Part shown: one piece after another, positions 1-13,374 of the stretch
Position numbering within the stretch: the stretch's first letter is position 1
Layout: every line of letters starts with the position of its first letter
Assembly (NCBI GenBank): GCA_040954595.2
Contig: CM082577.2
Span: 11,131,654 to 11,195,653, forward strand
DNA length: 64,000 bases
Direction of reading: 5' to 3'
Origin: Balanoglossus misakiensis
Lineage: Eukaryota; Animalia; Hemichordata
Notes under the pieces: generated by a model
Told to the model about the DNA's origin: nothing
Database searches by the model: none
What the model saw: the letters and a program-made list of their open reading frames with translations, nothing else
Position numbers and translations under genes: made by a program

Positions 1-48
1 TTTCGGTATAATAATTTCCAGTTTGACATTACCCTTTTTCGTCGCCAG

Positions 49-352
49 TAGGCAGAAGAGCGCTTCCCGACTTCATCCTCTGACAAAACTATACGATGAG
101 TTAGAACAAGATATGGACGAGGATGATGAGAAACGCGTGAAACATCTACTGGGAGATAAATTGTCAAAGCGGGATCTGGAAAAAGTTCACAGTCCTGCGG
201 CCATATTCCAGAGGTTACAGGATAAAGGTTACATTTCAGAGAAGGATCTGAGCCTCTTGAAAGATATACTTCGCACTCTGGGCCGTGAACCTCTGGTACA
301 GCTGGTAGAAGCTTGTGAGAGAACACTGGAGGAATGGTCTCAAACGCCGTAA
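49..352 (+). CDS. 3' coding exon of a death effector domain (DED)-containing protein; upstream exons lie outside the window
   Basis: Acceptor cccttttt...ccag at 47-48. Translation LYDELEQDMDEDDEKRVKHLLGDKLSKRDLEKVHSPAAIFQRLQDKGYISEKDLSLLKDILRTLGREPLVQLV matches the DED pattern of FADD/caspase-8. Stop TAA at 350-352 overlaps a gtaagc donor, so a tiny final exon at 941-953 (adds MDV*) is possible. Confidence 0.8.
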
Positions 353-533
353 GCGAAAATCGACATTAATGTCTAACCATTCAAACAGGTGAGGTAACCA
401 CTGTCAACCGTATATTCAGCATAATTACTCAATATTCAATAAACAGTCTTTTTCCTAAAACGTGAACGATTCGTGTTATGGACAAAAAGCTATAACGCTT
501 CGTCGTCTGCACAAGGTTCACGTTCGCATATCA

Positions 534-867
534 TTAAAGGGACAAAGTCTCTCTCTCGGAGGCCTTTTTTCATTAATTATGTCTGATACAAGACGCCGTT
601 TATGTTAATGTACATGTGTATATGTAGTGAATGAACCACACTCAACTTCCATCCCACTTCTATGATATATGAGAGTAAAAACTCGCCCAAAATGAATAAA
701 TGGTAAAGACCGATTATTTATTTTGGCGAGTTTTTTCACTCTCGTGTCTACAAGCGGGATGGAAGTTGTGTGTGGTTGAATCCACATGTACATTAACATA
801 AACGGTGTCTTGTATCAAACATAATTAATAGAAAAGGGGCAGCGAGAGAGAGACTTTGTCCCTTTAA
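534..867. mobile_element. Palindromic MITE with TTAA target duplication (Kolobok/T2-like), copy 1
   Basis: TTAA-AGGGACAAAGTCTCTCTCTCG ... CGAGAGAGAGACTTTGTCCCT-TTAA. Arms are complementary for most of the length. A second copy lies at 33154-33504. Confidence 0.85.
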
Positions 868-1049
868 ATTACCGTGCTAGCCTTGCTATTCAAAACGGTT
901 TATATGTTGTGACACTTGTTCCTTTTCCCTAAATATCTAGAATGGACGTCTGAACGACTGAATACTCCTATGAACTTCAGGAGGTCAAAGGTTACCTGAG
1001 AAGCCATATGCTTCAGAGGCAGTCCACAGACACTGTTGAGGTATAATCA

Positions 1050-2850
1050 CCACAACGAAATCATTGCTAGAATTAAATGTTTAGTGTCAATCAAGTAGTT
1101 TGGTTATAGGGTATAAGGGTGATGTTGTATTCAAACTGTATTTGATCATATTTAGCATTGCTAGAATTATCTGTTTAGTGTCAATCCGAAAAATTATAAA
1201 AAAAAATTAAGTATAGGTATGTTTATGAAATGTTGGCGCAATTTAGCAAATTCCTGAGCATTTCATGCTATTTAAAATTACTTTAATGGCCACTATACGT
1301 AACATTGAAATTATGTTTGTAATTTTTTCACATTTTTGCTGTTAGTGTTTTTATTGTTAGTGACGAATTTAAATGTGTTGTCAATTTCACATCATCAATC
1401 ATGTGACCAGCCATTGTTTGTGAGATTAATCGGTCTGATTGTCAATTATCTCCTGATCTTTATGTTTTCTACTTTGAAAGAAAGATGTACATTTTATCAT
1501 GAAGAAGATGGATTGTTTTACTTAAATTGATCGTTTGGTTGTAGTTTGTTTGGATTCAAGTAGTTTGGTCATAGGTTTTTTTTTTTATTTGAGAAGAAAA
1601 TGTACCTCTTGTCACAAAGCGGAGTGTTTGTTTTACAATTATCTTCTAATCTTTATGGTTTATAATTTGTGAGGACAACGGACATTTTTATCACAAAGAA
1701 GTTGTTTTACGTAAGTACATTGTTAGTTGTTTGTTTGGAATCAAGTAGTTTGGTTATATGGTACAAGGATTGTCTTTTATTCAAACCGTATTGTATCATT
1801 TTGTGGCAAGGAAGATTTCGCCTAGTAAGACACGATTCCTCGATAATCAGTCGGTGCTTCGATTATCGTGATATTTTTTGTTTATTCAAACCATATTTTG
1901 TCAGTAATGCTAAGACTAAAAAGGCGAGGATTTTCGTTCATAAGGCATGATTGTTCGAAAGGGAAATGTACCCTGTTATTACAAAGTAGACTGATTACTA
2001 CATTCATTGAGAGTTGTTTTGTTTCAAGTACTTTTGTTATAGGGTATAATGAAGACGTTAGATTTCAACCCATATATTATTATTTTACCAGTAATGCTAT
2101 GACTAAAACCGAGGATTTTAGTGTGTAAGACATGATTCTATAAGATATGCACCCTTTTGTCATTCAAATAGACTGATTGTTACATTCATTTTAGTTGTTT
2201 TATTTGCATTGTTGTTTGACTACTATTTTTTTGTTATAGGGTATAAGGATGACATTTTATTCAATACATATTTTATCATTTTGTCACTCAGTAGTGCTAA
2301 GATTAAAAACCGAGGATTTTAGTGTGTACGACATGATTATTCGAAAGGGAAATGTACCTTTTTGTCACAAAATTGTTTGATATTCATTGTTAGTTTCAAG
2401 TAGTTCAGTGGTTATAGGGTATAAAGATGGCTTTGTATTCAGACTATATTTTATCAGTAATGCTAAGACTAAAAAAGCGATGATTTTAGTGTGTAAGACA
2501 TGATTATTCTATAAGATATGCACCCTTTTGTCATTCAAAGTAGATTGATTGTTACATTCATGTTTAGATGTTTGATTTTCATTGTTGTTTGATTTCTAGT
2601 AGTTTGGTTATAGGGTATAAGGATGACATTGTATTCAATACATATTTTAAAATTTTGTCAGTAATGCTAAGACAAAAAGCGAGGATTTCAGTGTGTAAGA
2701 CATGATTATTCGAGATGGAAATCTACCTTTTATCAGAAAATTATTTGACATTTATTGTTAATTTCAAGTAGTTTGGTTATAGGGTATAAGGATGACATTT
2801 TATTCAAGCAATATTTTATCATTTTCTATATAGAAAGCGATGATTTAGCT
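1050..2850. repeat. Degenerate AT-rich tandem repeat, ~185 bp monomer with ~370 bp dimeric higher-order structure
   Basis: Anchor (caa)gtagtttggttatagggtataagg recurs near 1094, 1558, 1742, 2025, 2220, 2397, 2597 and 2765, with alternating sub-types. Confidence 0.8.
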
Positions 2851-3236
2851 TAAGTGTTACATAGTCTTGACGAAAAGTACAATTCCCCAATCCACATTTC
2901 TTTTTAAATGACTTAGTGCAAATTTGGGCGTGAATGAAACAAGCGTTGATTTTTCATTTCGCATCGTAAATCTTTCGAGACAATTTGACATTTTTTATTG
3001 TGATGAGCATACAATAGTTGCAAATATTAGGAAATAATACGATGAGGTTACGTACAGGTCAGCTTATTATTTCTTTAAAAAATATCATCACCTGTCATTC
3101 TTGCAATTCATATCAAGATGTTACTTTGAGTAGATTAGAGTGTTGTGCAACCTATGTAAGCATATGATAACACAGCTTTTGTTTTACTAGCATAGTTTGT
3201 GGGATAGTGTGTTGTTATGGTATGTAGCATTTTACT

Positions 3237-3495
3237 TTAAAGGGGAGTGGTCGTCCGAACTGCACATGTGCGACTGTTCTGTTCATAAAGACACCATCGG
3301 CGTTTCCCCATTGTTCAGGTAAACCCTGGCGACCAGTACCTGTTATGTACAACTGAATGGGAAATGTGAAAAAGTAACAACGCATTGTTTACAATTATGG
3401 CTAGTGTATAGCAAGAACACTTTACACCTACTTTATTGACTTGTTAGTAGTTGTGTCCTATGTGACCCGCCGACGTGACGACCCCTACCCTTTAA
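3237..3495. mobile_element. MITE with TTAA target duplication (Kolobok/T2-like, different family)
   Basis: TTAA-AGGGGAGTGGTCGTC ... GACGACCCCTACCCT-TTAA; 13/15 TIR match. Confidence 0.7.
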
Positions 3496-4763
3496 ATAGT
3501 ATCGTCGGGCAGTTATCTCTGCGTTTTTCATCTGTAGGATCAAATCATTAATTCAGACCATCACAAATGATAGTGATTGACCTGAAAATCTCGACGATGA
3601 CTCTTTGATTTTGTAGTGTATAGTCAAGTGGAAATGAATATGTAATTCGGGGCGGAAAATAGTTTTGGATAACAGTGTTCCCTTTGAGGTTTTGGGTACC
3701 CAGAAGGCACCTTGGTTGCTGCCCCGTTTGGCAATGGTCCGAAAGGGGTGTCCCTCTCCCGGCCTTACGGTAGACTGGACGAAAAACTGAACCATTACTT
3801 TGTTCTTTTACTCAAACACTGTTTCCTTAAATCACACTTCAATTGGCACTGGGATATCGTCTGTGGCCTTGAGTTTAGGCTTTAGTATAAATCAACTTCT
3901 AAAATCAAACAATATGACTGAAAGTTATGAGTGCAAAAACATGAAATTCTAGTGCAAACAGACCTTAGAGGGAACACTGGTTTGATCCACGAAACGTTTC
4001 AATACCTTAAAATTCTCTGACATTTAAGATACTTGTGTGATCTTTGATGAAGCATTTCAATGTGTTTGTTTTTTCTGACTATTTAGATTGCTGTGTGAGC
4101 TTTACACATATTTCGGCGAGGAGAAAAAAAGTAATTCAAGTTGGTGTAGATTTCTGAATTGATTACTTGTAATTTGCTGGTATTTTTGACGTAGTGTACA
4201 TTTAATTTTCAAAGCAAGGGACGCGGCGTATTCCTGGGATCGTCTTCAAGCCTGGCGCATAGTTGTACTATGAATGTGAACACTAATATAATATTGTGGT
4301 GACGTTTATAAGTTCATCAAGCAGTCAACGTACACACGCCGCAGTAAAACACCGCCCTCAACGCCAAAGCTGCGATTCCACATGTGTCGGTCGTGCATCT
4401 GTTTGCCTGACTAATCTCAGACAATTGTCCTTTGCAGATCTGGGGATGATATATAAAATGGTGTATGCGTACTATAAAAATGTTTGAATAAATGTAACTG
4501 AATGCAATCGAAATCTAAACTAGTTCTGTCATTATGTCGACAAATCAAATCACAACGGCCTGGATAATCTTTAGATTTGGTGGAAGGCCTCTAAAATACT
4601 AGCTGTTCTCGTTCTCTCCATTAGTGTAGAATTTATCATGGCCGAGAGTTATAAAACTCGAAACTTCAAATCCAGGACACAATTGACAACCGCCATCGAC
4701 GCACCAATATGGCGCCACAGACGGTCGTGGAAGAAGCAACCAGTATTCAAGATGGCTGGTTTT

Positions 4764-7223
4764 TCAAGGTGAGGCATGTTCACCCTGAAAGATTACAAGC
4801 AGAAGATGTTATTTTCATACTTTTCACATCACTTATTAATCTTCAGGTTGTGGAGATAGTGGCATTGCTGTGCAGCGCCCTCATTTACAACCAAAAAAAT
4901 GAGCATTGAAGGGGAGATGTTATCGTCAATCATCAAAACAACGCCTTTCTCCGTTTAACAGCCTTGGAAGTAAAACTTATTATGGGATGACTTACTTCCC
5001 GTTTGATGATGCAAAGAATATTTGCCCACAGGAACGAGACGGATCCAATGTACACAACTCGCAACGTTGGCGGGATAATTTTGAAGTTGATCACCTGTGA
5101 AATGTGCCAAAACCCCAATAGACTCAGCTCTAGCCATATTTGATATTGTAGCTAGGAAACTAGCGGTAGCCATCTTTTTAGATTGCTCGCTAATGAACGA
5201 AATTATTTATGTACAAAATTGTCGTTCGCTAGACTAGTGCCATTTACTGCCTTTTGAACTGTACACACCACGTTTGATTCAAAATTAAATATTTTCTGTG
5301 GTAAATTTGGACCTTTACAGGGAAACGGCTTAGGCGAAACGGTTAAAGGGTTAAACTAGGAATTGACTCTATAAACACTTTAACGAACTGGCTGACGACT
5401 TGAAAATCACACGAAATCTTTAGGCTGAATCATCATAACTGTTTGTTTTTTTGTAATCATGTGAGAGAGACTAGAGTATTTTCACCGCCGGCGTTGATGC
5501 ATGGCCGGCTAGTAAAATAACCGAAGATGGGCAAAGTACATGACGGTTAATATTTAAACAAATTAAAAATGGTCGAACGGGAAAGTGCATAGGTGGTAGG
5601 GTGGTAGAGGCCAAACCACTGAAAGAAAGGGAGAAAGCCGAAAATAACAAATACCGTGACATACCTGTGCAGGTACCCAGAATGCAATGCTCGCCAGGTA
5701 TGTCGGCAGACTTTTCTGTTTGGCTTCGGCAAAGACGTCGGACTTCCTTTCCATCGCAGACATCACTGCAAATAAGATTTTCCAATACGTTTAAGGTGAT
5801 ATCTGTGCAGCTCTATTGTTTTTTTTTCCTTTCTCTTGTGACTTTACTACTTGATTCTGAATTTCATTTGGCAATATGTTGATTTGAAATGAAATGTCTT
5901 GGGACAACTCTTATGAAACATTAAAAAGCCGTCAGTGCAGTTTGCTGCTAAAGTTGTCTCTCAGACATTCAAATGATTTTTGTTTATCTCAATGACATGC
6001 AATATCGCACAATTTAATACTAGAAAGTTACACTTGTAATTAAACCGACATTAGCAAACACAAAATGGATGAAGATTTCGATTTGCAATTTAATGATTGA
6101 GCAACCGCATAATATAAAACGTGAAGGTGTCTTAACCATTTGCCACGAGTGAACAATAAACTTTTTATTACGGGTTTGGGTTTTATAAATTATGAATATG
6201 ATTTAGTACCAGGCTTAATAGACAAGTAAATGATAAAAAAATCGCAATCAAAAGACAAAATCATATCCTCGGATGAGCGAGAGAAAAGAATCCCCGGTAC
6301 AAATACTAATTCCCTTTATTTCTGTATGATTAGTTTGAAGCAGGTAGAAAGATATTTACTTCGATCCCGTATTCTAAATTTGGTAGCGAGATATTTACTT
6401 CGACCTCGTATTCTAAATTTGGAATAGGGCATAACGTATATAAGTTAAAATTAGCTATATGATAGGGATACAACAACTACAAAACTCGGCAGATCTAGAG
6501 CACAATGTACGACGCATCACTTTCGATTCAAAAATGGCATAATTATGACTTTCTCCTCAAATACAACAAATACTGCTCGGTTTCACACGCCCAATTTGCA
6601 TGCAGGCAAAAATAGTTTCCATGCCTGCTCACGCTGAAATTGATGTCTGACTTTCTGTGTGCACCTCGTCACGTTTGACATTCTGAGTAACACTTCTAGG
6701 GATTACTGAAATGATTGCTATGTCCCGTACCTTACATTATTTATGTCTGCTTTAAATGCACATCTGCTCTTGCCGTTCGGTACATAGCATTTTGCTTGAT
6801 CCAGATATGAATATCTGTTTACATTATGTATGGGGCCAGTTTCGCGACCCCGCGCATGATGACGTCACGCCTGTGTATAAATGGGAATGGGGGCATGAGA
6901 AGTAAAATACACCATGACGTACCCGTGAAGAAGCCAATTATGCAGATAGGAGTTATAAGAATTTGGTCCAGGCACAACTTGATAGCGACAGTTCTGGCGG
7001 CTGCGCCGGGCAGACGGCCATCCAGCAACTTGTACCAGCCGTACATGAAGGGGCCGTTGAAACACAGCCCCCAGATCCCAAACCTCTCGATTTTGCCCAC
7101 GTCATATCCTTCACCGATGACCGCCTGTTGGATGGACTCGGAGACCATGTAGGCTGTACCGAGAAATGTGGCGTTTTTCACCAGGGGACTGCCCCCGATC
7201 CGCCGAAGCAAATTTGATATCAT
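4764..7223 (-). CDS. MPV17L: Mpv17-like protein (Mpv17/PMP22 family), paralog C, ~173 aa
   Basis: Exons 7223-6923, 5765-5665, 5094-4996 and 4784-4764 (last exon GEHASP* less certain); GT-AG introns, phases consistent. Motifs GPFMYGWYKLLD, KLCLDQ, FWVPAQ, NFKIIPPTLRVVY, FLWANILC. Confidence 0.88.
6351..6422. repeat. Two-copy 39 bp tandem duplication (intronic)
   Basis: gatatttacttcga..cgtattctaaatttgg occurs twice with 39 bp period. Confidence 0.7.
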
Positions 7224-7630
7224 ATCTGACGTATAGATCAGCCAGGTGGCATACTAATAGCCGAGTAATACAACGCAACTCGTCTCCGTCACACTGGCGA
7301 GAAGAATCGCCGAACGCAAACTGTCTCACCGAGGTTTGTATGGAAGGGGATGTACGCAGACCTATTCCATCGTCAGTGGTCGCAGACAGAACTCGCCCCG
7401 TACCCGATCACACTACGATACTCTTCGAATGCGCCTAGCCTGCATGCGAGGCGTTTGACATTTGTATGCACTCGTTATCACTTCAGTTCAGTAGACACAA
7501 CCTTTGGACATGAGCGGTTTATGCAAGCATATCTTAAGTTATCCATCACCTGATCTTGACAACTGACAAGAGTTGCATCACGTGCGCGCGGTCAATTTGG
7601 ATTTCATCATAGTTGTTTTTCACGTGCTTA

Positions 7631-7668
7631 TGTTGTTGTTGTGGTGGTGGTGGTGGTGGTGGTGGTGG

Positions 7669-7746
<78 letters not shown>
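7631..7746. repeat. Compound microsatellite (GTT)n(GGT)n(GAT)n
   Basis: Seen directly; it generates the spurious poly-His and poly-Ser ORFs. Confidence 0.95.
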
Positions 7747-10438
7747 GTTGCCATAGAAATGTGAAAATGTTGTTTCGATATAAGGAAGACATGGTTTAGA
7801 GTCAAGATCTGAGGAGTCGTGGGCCGTATGGCTTTTCAAGATGGAAGTATAAATTAAATCTCCAGTAACTCAAACTTTGGGTTATTGTCTCAGTGTTTTT
7901 GTCTTGGGTGTCAGTGACAAAACACACAAACTTTATCCGTCACAAACCATGAAAATACAACTTGTTTAATACTAACCAAAAAACACGCTATCTTTTGTAT
8001 GACACACACGCACCAATTACTATACATCAAAGTCGAAGATTTTTCCAGATATGAAAAATGACAACTAAGACACAGTCATCATCAACTACCGACGGCGGTG
8101 GCGTGATTTGACGACGACGGGTATAGGACTTTGTGGCAAAACATAAAAAGTCACTAGAATTGTTCAATTCACGGGCGTGGCAGTTATGTGTTATTTTACC
8201 AACAGTATATACAACAAAATTAGTTTTTCTTTAGAGTTTCACATACTCATTACTGTCATTCGGATAACACGACGTGCATTTAATTGTTCTCACTTTTGGT
8301 AAATGGCGATGTAAAATAATTCACTGTGCGACCTATTTAGGAGTAAAAATGTTTTGTTCGCGGATAGACATAATTATACGCAGAAATGAGATTACAGTTC
8401 CTGGTCATTGACATACAGCTCGGCTAATGCTGGATGTGAACAGCGCCACCAACCGGCAAATGGCGATGCCCCTTTACATTTTCTACCCCGTTTTTGCCTT
8501 TCTCACTAACTTGACCCCAAGAGTTTGAGTTTAACCTTTGAAGGGTCTCAGGCGTCAAATGCCTCGCATTTTTATGGGTACATATGCAAATGACACGATT
8601 TGAACTATTTTGGGACAATCGCATACCCATAAAATGCGTACAAAACAATTTAGTATTCATTGTACTTTGGGAGAATGTGGTATTTCTGTCATTGTTTGAC
8701 CAAAACAAAACAAAACAAAATGAGAGTGTAGACTACATGTACTGTTATGAGAGTTTTACAGAGTTTATTACCAAGCAATTGTTCCAAAATAGTTCCAATC
8801 GTGTTTAATGTAGACACCATGGGACTTCATTTGTAGTCTATTGCTTATGTTACGATCGGTCAACTGTGCACATGATGGGAAAACTGGAGTCTCCTCCCCA
8901 ACGAAACAAAATATTTATAGTCATTGTGCTTGGGAACCACGTAATTTACAAAAATAATATTCCTTTTTAATCAAATACTTTGGAGAAGATTTTCAGAAAA
9001 ATTATAGTCAACCAAACTATTCAATTCTTTGGTATTATTATTGAAAATGTACTGTGCGGGGAGTCTTGTTCAAATCAAAGAAGAAAACAAGGTGACGTTC
9101 ATCATCTTGTTTTAATAAAAAAAATATTTTCTCCATAGTGGTTGGGGTCATTTCGAATTTACAATTTGAAACATATTTGCCCTCATGCAAGTTTTGCACA
9201 GCGACGCCATTAATTATACAGCGACAATTATCTAACATTGCCTTGAGAAAAATATGAGAAAGGGTTTACAAGACTTTGATTTTCAGGGCACATTAGACAT
9301 TAATATATCAATTTATCGCATTACAGTCACCAAAAATACCACCACAGAACGTAAATGTGAATCAGTAACCCGAACACTTTATTTCAGTATAATATGTCGA
9401 CCTTTATGAAATTAAAATTCCACAAGACATTTGAATGATATGATTTATCACCATCGAGATGTGAAACGCGATATCGCAGTAAAATCTGACCACCCCATGC
9501 AGACACATTAGCATTCTACGAGTATTCTTTGTTGGAATTTCTAATTAATCACTACTGATACAGAGTGAGTGAAATTCCTGGAATGAAAAAATAGCGCTAT
9601 ATGACTGTGTGCTCCCATTTGACCAAAATTTAATTTAGTTAGTTCAAGTGTGACGATTAGTTTTTTACAGCAACAACAATTAACTGTTGTTGTTTTTTTT
9701 ATAATTTGCATATGAATAAATGCAGAGAATTCTCTTGAACCATGATGAAAAATAAAGTTCAGCACTACAATTTGCCATGCACTTTTTGAAAACAAAATGT
9801 TTAACAAAAAATAAAGAAAGCTGAAACTGAACCCCAACCGCCACACGTACAAATAAACGTATGTCTCGACGTAGTGACTGATCAACTACATGAAAATATC
9901 CACAGTGATAATCACACATACTTGCACTGTGAAATCCCCCCCATATACCTTATCGATATCACAAAATATATATTTACATTTTGTATGACAAAATAAATAA
10001 AAAACAGCTATAAGCATTTGTCCGTGTGTTTTTTATATTCATGTGATTTTTCAAGGCATGACAAACGAAAGTCATGGCCGGATCACCGAACGGACCCGCA
10101 AACTGACTAGACTCTCTCTATTAGAATAAGTGTTCCAGTATCCTGTTTATTTGGAAAAGATCCCCATCCTTACCGTAAACCGTCGGCATAATACCCAAAA
10201 TAATCGTGTAAAATCTGTTCAGAGTGAGAAAAAAAATCCAAATTGCATTGATGAAGAGTGGTTGATATGTTGGAACGGCTCCAATGATGCCACAACTCTG
10301 AAACTGTTCAGTGAAGACGACCACTGGACGATGGGCACACGTTTGTTTAAACCCTCCCACCACCACGGTTTGGTCCAACTCCACAGTTTCCTATAGCAAT
10401 GCTGGACCTTCATACAAGGAAATGGGGACGTGGCGGGG

Positions 10439-13374
10439 TTAAGGCGCCCCGGCGGATTTGGGATTCGCCGCCAGGACCAAGCCAACGGGGTCCGCCGCCG
10501 TTACAAATCCCACCTCGCCGCGAAGAACGTGCTGACAAAGGAAGACACAGGAAAGCGAGTCGTTATTTGACAGAACTCGTTGCAATTAACATTAGAACAC
10601 ATTCTGACACGATGCACATGATGAAAGGAACGGTCACAAGACCAGATATGCATTCTGCATCAGCCAGAACAAAAGATCCAGGTTTGAAAGGCAGCATTAC
10701 TCGTAATAGAGCTCCGTTTTTTTAAAAGGGAGGTGGAAATTGTCAGTGGAATCCCTCTGGTTAACAATTCTTAATATGCCCAAAACGAGAACTTTTATTG
10801 AATTTTAGAAGTGAACGATCTAAAACTACTTTTGTGTGTAATTTGTAGACTCGTCAACAGAAATATTTTATTTTCTTCTGTTGCGCAAAATTGGTATGTG
10901 TGTACATGTATCTGCAAAGATCGTCCGGGAGGGGGGGGGGGGGGCTTGTGTGAATAGGAGTGAAAATATTGTCGCTATTATACTCACCCGTTTTTTCATG
11001 TAACACAAAAAGTTCGCCCAGATATAGGTCAACACACTGACGTACATAACCCGATACTGTGGAGGGACAAACGCGAAGTTGATTATCTGAAATAAAATAC
11101 AAATAAAGTTTGAATGAAAACGAGCATGATGAATGTGTAATGAAATGACCCGAGACGAGGCATGATGACCAGACGCACACGTTTCTCGAAACTCGTCAAT
11201 AAGACTTTGTTCGATGAAACACAGTCTATCCAAAGTGTGGATAAAACTAATATCGAGTATATGCCGGTATATGCCGTTACGCTCAACACTGTACAATTAC
11301 ATATTGTTTTCATATCAGTTATAAAGTGAATTTGCCAATGCTGATATGTTTACTTCAGCGACAGATCAGTATGAGGAGACATGGAGATGAAGTCAGCGAC
11401 ACACCTTGTACTGCTAAAAAGTGTATAAACATCGGGCAAATTCAAATTTAGTAACTGCAAGGGCAGAACAAGGGCCCTGTAAAACTTTTTGTGCGTTTCT
11501 TTCACTGGGCATGTAAAGTGTGCACATACATGTATTGTCATCGGAAGATGTCATGATATTAGGATGCATCCAAATTGATTTATTTTACACATTCGATTCT
11601 ACCTGTAGACTCTAAATTTCATGTGACAAGAATGTAATAACAAACAGCACACATCTTGGAGTTTTATCACGAAAAGGCCTAATGTAAAAGTTCATTGACA
11701 CCGACGCTGTAAGGCTATCGTTCACAAGACTGGTAAACATCATTCAGATAACGCGGGCGAACCCGAATCTGGTGCAAAAAGCAATAATGGCGGTTCTGTA
11801 TAAGTCCTCGCCCCGGTGACCACCCTTTACAAAACGAGAGAATTCTATTCAGTCGCCAAGAAAGAACTGCACAAGGGCCCTCTTGCATTTTACGGTCGTT
11901 TATTCTATTCAATGAGAAAACGGCGCCCAAACATGGCAGCGAAATGAGACGAGGTGAACAGATTCTTGGCGGCCGAGATAATTGTCTGTGGTCTATTTAA
12001 AACACACACGCAGAGTTCAAATTCACTTCGGTGATATGAGAATGAAACTCGGACAACGCCCACGTATCATGCGCACCGTCGTGTGTATTTCTGCAGTATT
12101 TGATTAGAGCATTAAAGGGACACAGTCGTTATAACTTTTTTTATCATTTTGGTTATTTCATTTTCTTTTGATTAGCTATTCCTGTTGTTCAACTCAACTT
12201 GAATGAATCGTGCCCAATGACCTGTTGCCGCGCGGCCATGGCTCAATTGCATGCATGGACATTACACGATCATAGAATACCCCCCCCCCCCCCATCATAT
12301 AATTTTTGGTCGGTACCAAAAATTATATTGCAGAATCAGAAGCAAAACGACTTGTTATTAATTTCCCCCAACTTGAATTATGTCTAGTTTCCCGGTGGAA
12401 AAGTTCTAAATAAACTTGTGAACTTTGTCAGTTGTACAATCATGCATGAATTATGTCTGCCATGCATCCTAGAGAGTGGTAGTACCCGAAGAGTAAAACT
12501 ATCAGACAGTTCTCTGACAGGAAAACATAGAATCCTACCTGGACTGGAGGCCAGAAGATAAGACACGCTCCCCAAGATGGCAACGTCTTCTCCTTGGCTT
12601 CGGCAAAAATGTCCTTCTTTTTCTCTAAAATACTCATTCCTACAAAAAAATGTTGTACATGGAGTTTCAAGTTCGCTTTTAATCTATCACCGGCACACTA
12701 TCTTCTAATCTTCATTAAATTAAGTATGCTTCAGTTCAAAATTCTAGCGACTGTGAATAAGAACACCAGGCATTGAGAAACTTGACCTTTGCCTGCAAGG
12801 TCAAATTGTATGTACGTTGCAGGACGCAGTTGCTATCGCAGCGATAAGCATCTTCACCTATGCCAATATTCATACAGACGATGCTTACGTCAACCAGTAA
12901 ACAAATTAGATCAACGGATGTCTTTTGCACGCTCGCTTGATAACATGCAAATGACTGAACGACGTGTTTTAAAAAAGTCTTATGGAAGTTTACATTTCAC
13001 TGTTCTACCTGATTATTTTTGTAAAACTCGCAGTTCTAACATTTTGTCGAAAAAAAAATTGGTGAATTCTACTCACCGATGTAAAATCCTCCGATGGACA
13101 CGGGACCAGCGATGGCTTGATCCAGGGCGAGTTTCTTCAAAACTATCTGCCTTGTGACGCCAGGCCAGGCTCGGTCGAGGACGCGGTAGAACCCATGGCA
13201 GAACGGGCCGTAAAACAGGAGCCCCGTCAACGCCACCCGGCAGATGTGGCCGTAGTCGAAGTCCTTCTCTCCGAGGAGCGTCTCTTGGGTGAATTCGGAA
13301 GCCCAGAATATAGTCCCGGCGAATACAGAATTTCGGAGTAGACCGCTCTGCAGGAGTCGCGAAAGCACTGACAT
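10439..13374 (-). CDS. MPV17L: Mpv17-like protein (Mpv17/PMP22 family), paralog B, ~196 aa
   Basis: Exons 13374-13077, 12639-12539, 11086-10988 and 10531-10439 (last exon chosen from a strong pyrimidine tract, less certain). Motifs GPFCHGFYRVLD, KKLALDQ, FWPPVQ, NFAFVPPQYRVMY. Confidence 0.88.

Noticed and set aside
1050-2850. Regularly spaced conserved motif resembling a CRISPR array
   Set aside because: The intervening sequences are homologous to each other, the period is ~185 bp, the context is eukaryotic and there are no cas genes.
5300-5355. piggyBac-like end (AAAGGGTTAA)
   Set aside because: I could not find a matching opposite terminus.
7546-7839. Poly-His and poly-Ser/Pro ORFs
   Set aside because: These are translations of the (GAT)n(GGT)n microsatellite, with no splice or coding context.
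10121-10396. Overlapping 87-88 aa ORFs as the last exon of paralog B or as a separate gene
   Set aside because: No recognisable motif, and a better acceptor at 10531 gives a short terminal exon like those of the other paralogs.
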